Source: Alkalispirochaeta sp. (GTDB lineage: Bacteria > Spirochaetota > Spirochaetia > DSM-27196 > Alkalispirochaetaceae). Taken from it: 64,000 nt of DNA. The DNA is taken from assembly GCA_965601925.1 (NCBI GenBank), contig OZ271854.1:2464001-2528000 (forward strand), read 5' to 3'. Of this stretch, positions 19,559 to 27,689 are shown one piece after another. Numbering within the stretch: the stretch's first letter is position 1; each line of letters opens with the position of its first letter. A program made the position numbers and the translations under genes. The notes under the pieces are model-generated. The model ran no database searches. It was not told the origin of the DNA and worked only from the letters and a program-made list of their open reading frames with translations.

Positions 19559-19674
19559 GGAGAGCGATATATGGCGGGAAGCAAACAAGCGCCCCGACCG
19601 GGGGCAGGCGCGAGACGATACCGTCCCGCTCCGCACGTACGTAACTCGAACATCACCATAAAAGGAGTCATGAT

Positions 19675-21783
19675 ATGGCACGGCAAATGAAAATGAGTAC
19701 AAAGATAACGGGAGGATTTCTCCTGGTATTGGCCCTTCTGCTCGTCGTCGGCACCCTCGCCGGTGTCTTCTTGACGCGAGCCTCGTCCGACTTCGTCCAG
19801 TATCGCGAGTGGTCGCAGGAGTCGATGCTCATGGCGAATACGCTGGAGCACATGTTGATGGTGCGTACCTCCGTGAGGAACTTCATCAACTCAGGCGCGC
19901 AACGCGACATCGACGCGGTTGAGGCGGGGCTCACCGAGGTAGACAGCTACATCCTCCGGGCCCAAGAGATGATTCACTCGGGGGAGCGTGCCGAGATGGT
20001 CGCCGAACTCCACGAGGATATCGAGTCGTATCGCGCGGCATTTCACGAAATCGTCGGGCATCGCCAGAGCAGAGACGTGCTGGTGGAACGGTTGAACGTC
20101 TTGGGACCGGAGATCGGTGATGAAATGTCGGACATTCTCGTCTCGGCGCGCGACGAGAACGACCTCGACACCGTCTACATCGCGAGTCTCGCGACGCGCG
20201 ACCTCCTCTTTGCACGATTGTACGTCGTCAAGTTTTTTGAGGACGGGTTGGAAAGTAACGTCGAGCGCGTTCGCGACTATTTCGGAAGCATGAACGGCCA
20301 CATCGATAACTTGAATGCGCGATTGACCAACGCCGGGACGCGCGCTCGACTCAATAGGATCGTAGCGGACATTGACGAGTACATCGTCGACTTCGACCAG
20401 ATCGTTAACCATACCCTTGCAAACACCGAGATTATCGATACTCAGCTCGACGTCATCGGACCGCACGTCGCGGAGTTGGCCTCGACGGTGGTGCAGGCCA
20501 TCCAGACGGATCAAGGGGTGCTGGGAGACCAGCTGCAACGCAACAACCAGACCGCAGTCGTACTGGCGATCATTATCTCCGCGGCGGCCCTGGGAATCGG
20601 TATCTTTTTCTCCATATTCATTACGCGCAGCATCTTGGGGCAGTTGGGCGCCGATCCGGCGGTCATCGAAGATATCACCGAGCGTGTAGCCCGCGGCGAG
20701 CTCGACGTCAAGATCGACGAAGATCGGCTGCAAGGCGTCTATCTCTCGGTGGGAGAAATGGTTCGATCGCTGAACGACGTACTCGGTCAGGTGAACGAGT
20801 CGGTGACGCAGCTCACCGCCGGCGCGGCCCAGGTGGCAGACTCCAGCCAGTCGCTATCCCAGGGCGCTACCGAGCAGGCGAGCTCCCTCGAAGAGATATC
20901 CGCGTCGCTCAACGAGGTAAATAGCCAATCGACGCAAAATGCCGAGACGGCCTCGGAGGCGAACGCCGTCGCCAAGACCGCATTCCAGAACGCCGACAGC
21001 GGCAACCGACAGATGAAACAATTGGTCGAATCGATGACGCTCATCAACGAGAGCTCCGAGCAGATCACCAAAGTGGTGAAGGTCATCGACGACATCGCCT
21101 TCCAGATCAACCTCCTGGCACTCAACGCCAACGTCGAGGCGGCGCGGGCCGGCAAGTACGGTAAGGGCTTTGCCGTGGTCGCCGAAGAGGTGCGCAACCT
21201 CGCCGCGCGCAGCGCCGAAGCGGCCAAGGAGACCGCCACGATGGTGGAGGAGACGACCAAGAACATCGAGGAGGGCAACAAGGCCGCCGAGTTGACCTCT
21301 ACCCAGTTGGAGGAGATCGTCGCCGGGGTCACCAAGGTCGCCGATTTCTTGGAAGAGATCGCCACGGCGAGTAAGGAGCAGGCCCAAGGGATCGAACAGA
21401 TCAATCAGGGGCTCGTGCAGATCGATCAGGTGACGCAGTCCAATACCGCCAGCGCGGAAGAGAGTGCCGCCGCCGCCGAGGAACTCGCGTCGCAGTCGCA
21501 GCAGGTGCGCCACCTCGTCGGGCGGTTCCGACTCGCCGGGAGACAGATTGCGGGACCGCCCGCGATGTTGACCGACGGGCGGCACGAACGTGTGGCCATC
21601 GGCACCGAGGCCGCGGGACTGGGAGCCGGCGTGGACGCCGGGCACTATGCCGAGCCCTACGGCGGATACCGCGACGATCGCGAAACCAGGGACCTTGTTG
21701 GAACCGCGACGACCGTAGAGCCGAACGGTCAACGTCCGAAGGATGTGATCCAGTTGGACGACGACGACTTCGGATCATTCTAA
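19675..21783 (+). CDS. Methyl-accepting chemotaxis protein with a large periplasmic sensor and C-terminal pentapeptide
   Basis: Two TMs flanking a ~260 aa helical domain; [20 protein letters not shown] hairpin tip; ends DFGSF. Confidence 0.95.
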   Translation: MARQMKMSTKITGGFLLVLALLLVVGTLAGVFLTRASSDFVQYREWSQESMLMANTLEHMLMVRTSVRNFINSGAQRDIDAVEAGLTEVDSYILRAQEMIHSGERAEMVAELHEDIESYRAAFHEIVGHRQSRDVLVERLNVLGPEIGDEMSDILVSARDENDLDTVYIASLATRDLLFARLYVVKFFEDGLESNVERVRDYFGSMNGHIDNLNARLTNAGTRARLNRIVADIDEYIVDFDQIVNHTLANTEIIDTQLDVIGPHVAELASTVVQAIQTDQGVLGDQLQRNNQTAVVLAIIISAAALGIGIFFSIFITRSILGQLGADPAVIEDITERVARGELDVKIDEDRLQGVYLSVGEMVRSLNDVLGQVNESVTQLTAGAAQVADSSQSLSQGATEQASSLEEISASLNEVNSQSTQNAETASEANAVAKTAFQNADSGNRQMKQLVESMTLINESSEQITKVVKVIDDIAFQINLLALNANVEAARAGKYGKGFAVVAEEVRNLAARSAEAAKETATMVEETTKNIEEGNKAAELTSTQLEEIVAGVTKVADFLEEIATASKEQAQGIEQINQGLVQIDQVTQSNTASAEESAAAAEELASQSQQVRHLVGRFRLAGRQIAGPPAMLTDGRHERVAIGTEAAGLGAGVDAGHYAEPYGGYRDDRETRDLVGTATTVEPNGQRPKDVIQLDDDDFGSF

Positions 21784-21797
21784 TCGACGAATGAGCC

Positions 21798-21833
21798 GGC
21801 GGGCTCCTCACCCGAAGCGGTGAGGAGCCCGCC
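21798..21833. repeat. Perfect 15-bp stem-loop downstream of the MCP gene
   Basis: GGCGGGCTCCTCACC-cgaagc-GGTGAGGAGCCCGCC; no U-tract. Confidence 0.75.
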
Positions 21834-22026
21834 CGGTTCCGGATACCGATTCGCGCGTGCCCAATACGTAGCGTGCCGACGCAAGAAGACGCGGTTCGGG
21901 AACGACGTAGTACGTATCATCGTGCCGTGGGGTAGCGCTCCTTCGGCGATTACATCGATGATCGTGAACGCAACGGCGCCGGCGGTCATGTGTTGACGCC
22001 GGTGTGTTAATGCTGGTGAGTCGAAT

Positions 22027-23070
22027 ATGGCAATAAGAGTACTCGTTGTAGACGATTCCGCACTTGTTCGAAGAATATTGCGCACCGAGCTCGATCGATA
22101 CGCGGATATCGAAGTAATCGCCGCCGTTCCCGACGTATATGTCGCGCGCGACCGCATTGTGCTCGACAAGCCCGATGTCGTGACTCTCGATATCGAGATG
22201 CCGCGTATGGATGGGGTCGAGTTTCTGCGGAGGCTGATGCCGCAGTATCCGTTGCCGGTGATTATCGTCTCCGCATTGGCGACCACGCACGCCGACCTCA
22301 CGTTTCAAGCCCTCGAGTACGGCGCCGTCGATTTCGTCACCAAGCCGTCGGCGCGCTTGGGCAGTGCGCTCAAGGATACCGTCGAGGAGTTGGTCGGGAA
22401 GATACGGGTCGCCGCGAAAGTCGACGTGGCGCACCATCGGAACCGCACCGACGGATACCGGCCGAAGCCGCGCATCGCCACCGCGCTTTCGCAAAGCACC
22501 GACAAGATCATTGCCATCGGAGCCTCCACCGGCGGCACCATCGCACTCGAGCATATCATTCGAGAGTTGCCGGCCGACACCCCGGGCATCGTCGTGACGC
22601 AGCACATGCCGCCGGTGTTTACGAAGCAGTTCTCCGAGCGACTCGATCGAGTCTCGGCGATGGAGGTCAAGGAGGCGGAGAGCGGCGATCGGGTCTTGCG
22701 CGGTCGGGTGTTGATAGCCCCCGGCGAACAACACCTCGAAGTCGTGCGATCGGGTGGTGTCTATCTCGCTCGATGTACCCAGGGTGAGAAGGTAAATAGA
22801 CATCGTCCCTCGGTGAGCGTCCTGTTTCGATCGATGGCAAAATACGTCGGGGCAAACGCAATCGGGGTCATGCTGACCGGTATGGGCGCCGACGGCGCCG
22901 ATGAGATGGTACTGATGCGAGAGGCCGGTGCGCGGACGCTCGCACAGGATGAGGCGACATCGGTGGTATTCGGCATGCCCAAAGAGGCGTATGAACGCGG
23001 TGGCGCGGAGCGGTTGGTTCCGCTTCCCGACATTGCCGGGGCGATCGTGGAGGCACAACGAGCACTATGA
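22027..23070 (+). CDS. cheB: Chemotaxis response regulator methylesterase CheB
   Basis: REC TLDIEMP; IGASTGG, QHMP, HRPSV, LTGMGADG, SVVFGMP. Confidence 0.95.
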   Translation: MAIRVLVVDDSALVRRILRTELDRYADIEVIAAVPDVYVARDRIVLDKPDVVTLDIEMPRMDGVEFLRRLMPQYPLPVIIVSALATTHADLTFQALEYGAVDFVTKPSARLGSALKDTVEELVGKIRVAAKVDVAHHRNRTDGYRPKPRIATALSQSTDKIIAIGASTGGTIALEHIIRELPADTPGIVVTQHMPPVFTKQFSERLDRVSAMEVKEAESGDRVLRGRVLIAPGEQHLEVVRSGGVYLARCTQGEKVNRHRPSVSVLFRSMAKYVGANAIGVMLTGMGADGADEMVLMREAGARTLAQDEATSVVFGMPKEAYERGGAERLVPLPDIAGAIVEAQRAL

Positions 23071-23552
23071 GACGTATCGTAAATGTGGGTATCGGCGAGT
23101 ACGCCATAGCGAACGGGGCCGCAGACGAGATAAAAACGTATGGTCTCGGTTCGTGCATCGCCCTGATCGTCTACGATTGGCGACGCAAAATGGGCGCACT
23201 CATACATATCGCCTATCCCGAGGCGTCGGTGAACCCGACGCGGGCCCGGGACCAGCCGGCGTATTTTGCCGATACGGGAATACCTCTGCTTATGAACGAC
23301 TTTGTGTCGCGCAACAAACCGGACCGTCGCGATCTTACACTTAAGATTGCCGGTGGGGCGACCATTATGGACGAGGAGGGACGCTTTAACATCGGCAAAC
23401 GAAACGCCCTGGCGGTGAAGCGGCAGCTCTGGCGACTGGGCTACGGTCTGAAGAGCGAAGACATCGGGGGAAACATCAGCCGTACTATCTCACTGTCCGT
23501 GGGAACGGGAACGACCTTGATAAGCAACGGTGCGAAGCGGTGGGAGTTATGA
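23067..23552 (+). CDS. cheD: Chemoreceptor glutamine deamidase CheD
   Basis: TYGLGSCIAL, HI, FADTGI, KIAGGA, IGKRN, EDIGG. Confidence 0.9.
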   Translation: MRRIVNVGIGEYAIANGAADEIKTYGLGSCIALIVYDWRRKMGALIHIAYPEASVNPTRARDQPAYFADTGIPLLMNDFVSRNKPDRRDLTLKIAGGATIMDEEGRFNIGKRNALAVKRQLWRLGYGLKSEDIGGNISRTISLSVGTGTTLISNGAKRWEL

Positions 23553-23583
23553 CGTATTAGCTCGGAACCACGAGGAACAATTC

Positions 23584-23952
23584 ATGGACTATAATACGAT
23601 ATTGATAGTGGATGATTCGAAAACTTCGCGCCTCATCGTAAGACGGTGCCTGGAGATGGCCGGTTTTGCCGAATCCCGATTTTTAGAAGCGGGCGACGGT
23701 ACGATGGCGCTGGACGTGGTGTACGATGAGGGGGTGGATTTGATCGTTACCGATCTGAAAATGCCGCGTATGGACGGACGGACGCTGGTACGGCAACTCC
23801 GATCGCGTGCCGAAACGGCGGACATTCCGATCGTAGTCGTATCCAGTTTGGCCGGGGAGACCGACGAGGACCCGATCGTCGGCAAGAACATACTGGCTGC
23901 GATTCAAAAACCCGTATCACCGACGAAGTTCATGGAAGCCTTGGGAGTGTAG
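23584..23952 (+). CDS. CheY-like single-domain response regulator
   Basis: ILIVDDS, VTDLKMPRMDG, VVSS, QKP. Confidence 0.88.
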   Translation: MDYNTILIVDDSKTSRLIVRRCLEMAGFAESRFLEAGDGTMALDVVYDEGVDLIVTDLKMPRMDGRTLVRQLRSRAETADIPIVVVSSLAGETDEDPIVGKNILAAIQKPVSPTKFMEALGV

Positions 23953-23954
23953 CG

Positions 23955-24404
23955 ATGGAGATTGCACAGGCGGTCAATGAGGCCGTGGTAGAGACATTTT
24001 CCGAGATGGCGTTTATGGACGCCGAGCCGATACGCGACTTCGCAAGTGCTCCTCCGTTCGGGCAGATCGTTGGAGTCGAGTTTCTTCATCCTCTCCAAGG
24101 ACACTTGATTTTGCACCTTACGACGACCGCTAAGCAGATGGTGATAGAGAACATACACGGCCTCGATTGGCGTTCTTTGACTCGTCAAGAGGTTGACGAC
24201 TGTCTTATGGAACTCGTTAACATCATGGCGGGCAATTTCCTTCTCCGTATGGAGACGGGCGAGCGTCGGTACGCCTTGTCGCTCCCACAGGTCTGGTACG
24301 ACGAATCGGACATCATCGACTGTGGACCACTCGATGACTTCTGTTTTACGGTGAACGACGAAGCGGCGAAAGTGTCGCTCGCATTCGTGCCCGCAGAGGG
24401 CTAA
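23955..24404 (+). CDS. cheX: CheX-family phosphatase
   Basis: ETFSEM...DCLMELVNIMAGN (ExxN motif), LSLP; lies directly after a cheY-like gene. Confidence 0.7.
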   Translation: MEIAQAVNEAVVETFSEMAFMDAEPIRDFASAPPFGQIVGVEFLHPLQGHLILHLTTTAKQMVIENIHGLDWRSLTRQEVDDCLMELVNIMAGNFLLRMETGERRYALSLPQVWYDESDIIDCGPLDDFCFTVNDEAAKVSLAFVPAEG

Positions 24405-24407
24405 CGC

Positions 24408-25709
24408 ATGATACGTGTCGAGTCGAGCTTCAGACAGATCATCCTCATCGGCGGCACCGAATCCACCCGTAGTCATGTGCGAGGCGTGTTTTCACAGCTC
24501 GGCGTTCCGGTACTTACCGACGATACGTGGGATTTGGACGCGTATGATAGCGCTACGCACGTCTTTGACGTCGCCCTCGTCATGCGCAACCGACAAACCT
24601 CCTTCGCCTCGCTGGTTCGAGCACTCTTAAACGCCAATCCTCAAGTTGCCGTCGTGTGTATCGACGATCGTGTCGATCTTGAGAGGGCCTTGGACGCGAT
24701 GCGCGCCGGTGCACAGGATTACTTCACGAACGATATCGAAGATAGGGACCTCGTTTCCCGTGTTGAGCTGGCGGTACAGCGGCAACAGCTCTCTATGACC
24801 GCCGAGCGAACGGCCCGCGAAGAGCTGCGGTCATACGTCGCCAAGACGCAACTCGTGGACTGGAAGAGCATGTACGGCTCAAAAGACGTCACGCAAGCGG
24901 ATATCATGATCGAGTTATTGGCGCGAACTATGAATCAAGAGGGAGGCTTCATGTGGCTCGACCTCCTGCGCGACGGTCAGACCGAGATCGACGAGTCCAA
25001 TGTGTCGGTCCCGAAAGAGATTATGGAGCTGGCGTTGGTGAGCGCCGAAACGCAGAAAAAGGTGTTTGAAACCGTTGCATTTCTCTCGGAGATCGACAAG
25101 ATCCCGCTGGAGAGCGAATCATTTTCCGGGCCGATGTTGATTGAGCGTATTGCGCGAAACATCGACGAGAAGTTATTCGCGTTATGCCCCTCAAAACGGT
25201 TGAATTACTCCGTCACTCCGTACGGCGCACCGATTGCATACACCGTACGCATCGACTTCGGCCAACTATCCCGCATCCTCGATGAGTTGGTTATCAACGC
25301 CGTGAAGTTCACACCCGAAGGAGGCGCCGTTCGCGCCTTTTTCGACATCACCAACGAGCCGTATGCGGGAGAAGTGCTGACCCTCCATATCCAGAACTCG
25401 GCGCGACCGTTGAAGAAGTTCAGCGAAGGAGTGGAAAATGCGGTCGGAATTCCTTACGAACTCAGTGAACGAGTATTTGAGTTGTTCTATACCATAGACC
25501 CCTATCCTTCGTATCTCGACACCGAGGAGTGGCGCGACGGGACCGGGCTGTATATCGCACGCAAGTTAATGAAGCGTTTCGGCGGCTGGATCGAAGCGGC
25601 AAACGTACGTTTGCATACCCACGACGCCATCGAAACGATGGTGGACGTCCGAGTTCGCCTATCAATACAACAGGAGGATGCAGATGAGCCAGAAGGTTCT
25701 CATAGTTGA
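24408..25709 (+). CDS. Pseudo-receiver + HATPase_c protein with no recognisable H-box
   Basis: REC-like fold ('ALDAMRAGAQDYF') without Asp/Lys; ELVINAVKF, GIP..SERVFELFY, GTGLYIARKLM; no His in the DHp region. Confidence 0.7.
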   Translation: MIRVESSFRQIILIGGTESTRSHVRGVFSQLGVPVLTDDTWDLDAYDSATHVFDVALVMRNRQTSFASLVRALLNANPQVAVVCIDDRVDLERALDAMRAGAQDYFTNDIEDRDLVSRVELAVQRQQLSMTAERTAREELRSYVAKTQLVDWKSMYGSKDVTQADIMIELLARTMNQEGGFMWLDLLRDGQTEIDESNVSVPKEIMELALVSAETQKKVFETVAFLSEIDKIPLESESFSGPMLIERIARNIDEKLFALCPSKRLNYSVTPYGAPIAYTVRIDFGQLSRILDELVINAVKFTPEGGAVRAFFDITNEPYAGEVLTLHIQNSARPLKKFSEGVENAVGIPYELSERVFELFYTIDPYPSYLDTEEWRDGTGLYIARKLMKRFGGWIEAANVRLHTHDAIETMVDVRVRLSIQQEDADEPEGSHS

Positions 25710-26037
25710 CGACTCGGCGACCATGCGGCAGATGATTGCCATTATACTCAAAGGTGCGGGATACGAAACGCTGGCCGTTTCGGACGGAGCTGCCGCGATT
25801 GAAGCGTTCGACGATTCGATCGATCTGGTTGTAACGGATTACAACATGCCTAAGATGAACGGGGTGGAACTCGTCGAGGCGATTCGATCCGGCGGCGTCA
25901 ATAGCGACGTTGTGATTCTCATGGCAACGACCGAGTCCGAAGCCACGCAGTCTCAGGGTCTCGCCGTTAATAAGTGGCTGCAGAAACCGTTTGCGAAGCA
26001 GGCGCTGGTCGATGCGATAGAGGAGGTGCTCGGGTAA
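25684..26037 (+). CDS. cheY: CheY-like response regulator
   Basis: VLIVDDSATMR, VTDYNMPKMNG, ATTES, QKPF; AGGAGG RBS. Confidence 0.85.
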   Translation: MSQKVLIVDDSATMRQMIAIILKGAGYETLAVSDGAAAIEAFDDSIDLVVTDYNMPKMNGVELVEAIRSGGVNSDVVILMATTESEATQSQGLAVNKWLQKPFAKQALVDAIEEVLG

Positions 26038-26170
26038 CCTATGGAGCGCTTTCGTGTAACCGCGTCGTCGAGCATCGGGACGCCCGTCACGGCATATCGA
26101 GGGGACGCGGCTCCAACGGCACGGGCGTTCAGCATTGTAGCTCGCAGGTGCGACGACAGGAGGAAGCGCG

Positions 26171-27607
26171 GTGTCGGATACGAACATCCGTGGGGTTCGG
26201 ACATCTGAGAGTCTGTCTCGTCTTATCGTGGTCGACGACGACGAGTGGATTCGCGACTATTTGGTACAGCTTCTGAGCGATGAAGGTTACCAGGTCGATA
26301 GCTGCAGCAGCGGCGAGGAGGGTATCGAGCGCATTCGTCGCTTCGAGTACGACCTCGTACTAACGGATGTAAAGATGGACAAGATCGACGGGATTGCGTT
26401 GCTCGAGATGGCAAAGCAAACCGAAGATCCTCCCGAGGTACTCGTGGTGTCGGGCTTTGCCGCGATAGAAGACGCGGTGAGGGCCATCAAAAAGGGCGCA
26501 TGCGATTACTTAGTCAAGCCTCTCGATGGGGACCGTGTGATAAACGCCGTCCGTCTGGCCACCGAACGGCGCAGCCTCAAGCGCGAAAATCGACGGCTTC
26601 GCATGCGGATGCACAACTCATACGGCGATGATCGGCTGGTCGTGGTAAGCCCGGCGATGCAAAAGACGATGGTGATCGTCGATGCTGTCAGCAACGCCGA
26701 TACGGCGGTCCTCATCGAGGGCGATAGCGGTACCGGAAAAGAGATCATCGCCAAATCGATACACCGGCGCAGCGCTCGCGCCAACGGTCCGTTTATCCCG
26801 ATCAATTGCGGGGCACTGCCCGAATCGTTACTCGAGAGTGAGCTATTCGGCTACGACAAGGGAGCGTTTACCGGCGCGACACAAGCCAAAGTCGGGCTCT
26901 TTGAGGCGGCTCACGGAGGCACGATATTACTCGACGAAATCGGCGAGCTGCCGCTCAATTTACAAGCGTCGCTCCTACGTGTGCTCCAGGAGAGTGAGAT
27001 ACGGAGGATCGGCGGAACGAAGAATCTCGATATCGACGTGCGAATCATCGCCTCGACGAACAGAAATCTCAGTCGGATGGTACGAGACGGAAGTTTCCGA
27101 GAGGACCTCTATTATCGTTTGAGAGTCGTTCCGATTCGTGTCCCCCCTCTTCGAGAGCGGCCCGAGGATATCATTCCCCTCACCATGTACTTCCTCGACC
27201 ATTACGGCCGCCTGCTGGGTAAGGAGTTCACGGGGCTCGACGAGGAGGTCGTGCGATTTCTCGGGCAAAGGGAGTGGCGCGGTAACGTCCGGGAGCTCGA
27301 GAATCTTATCCACGCCGCAGTAACGCTCTATCCGCCCGGTAATCTCACCCTGGGGCAGATTATCGCCATCGTCGAGATGAATCGGGATACCCACGCGCCG
27401 GCTACCCCCCAAGCTGCCCCCGAGGACGAGGATCAGGAGGCGACCACACTCCTCAGAGATCGCGACGATGCGGAACGCAAATCAATCGTCGACGCTTTGG
27501 AGCGGTGCCGCGGTCACCAAGGCCATGCGGCCGAACTGTTGGGAATTAGTCGTACTTCGTTGTGGCGAAAAATGAAAAAATACCGCATAAACGTTCTTAC
27601 CCATTGA
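26171..27607 (+). CDS. NtrC/AtoC-family sigma54-dependent response regulator
   Basis: REC (LTDVKM); GDSGTGKE, ESELFG, GAFTGA, LDEIGE, FREDLYYRL, WRGNVREL; Fis-type HTH AAELLGISRTSLWRKM. Confidence 0.95.
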   Translation: MSDTNIRGVRTSESLSRLIVVDDDEWIRDYLVQLLSDEGYQVDSCSSGEEGIERIRRFEYDLVLTDVKMDKIDGIALLEMAKQTEDPPEVLVVSGFAAIEDAVRAIKKGACDYLVKPLDGDRVINAVRLATERRSLKRENRRLRMRMHNSYGDDRLVVVSPAMQKTMVIVDAVSNADTAVLIEGDSGTGKEIIAKSIHRRSARANGPFIPINCGALPESLLESELFGYDKGAFTGATQAKVGLFEAAHGGTILLDEIGELPLNLQASLLRVLQESEIRRIGGTKNLDIDVRIIASTNRNLSRMVRDGSFREDLYYRLRVVPIRVPPLRERPEDIIPLTMYFLDHYGRLLGKEFTGLDEEVVRFLGQREWRGNVRELENLIHAAVTLYPPGNLTLGQIIAIVEMNRDTHAPATPQAAPEDEDQEATTLLRDRDDAERKSIVDALERCRGHQGHAAELLGISRTSLWRKMKKYRINVLTH

Positions 27608-27663
27608 TAATGCGTCGATTCCCGCCGATCATCGTTGTATATTAACGGTACCAGTACAGTACT

Positions 27664-27675
27664 TTGTATATACAA
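27664..27675. promoter_or_regulatory. Palindrome TTGTATATACAA, candidate GntR/HutC-type operator
   Basis: Perfect 12-bp palindrome in an AT-rich intergenic region just before the TTG at 27690. Confidence 0.45.
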
Positions 27676-27689
27676 GGGGGATAACGCAC

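Noticed and set aside
19676..19691. TGGCACGGCAAATGAA, resembling a sigma54 promoter
   Set aside because: The -12 reads GA rather than GC and it lies inside the first MCP codons.
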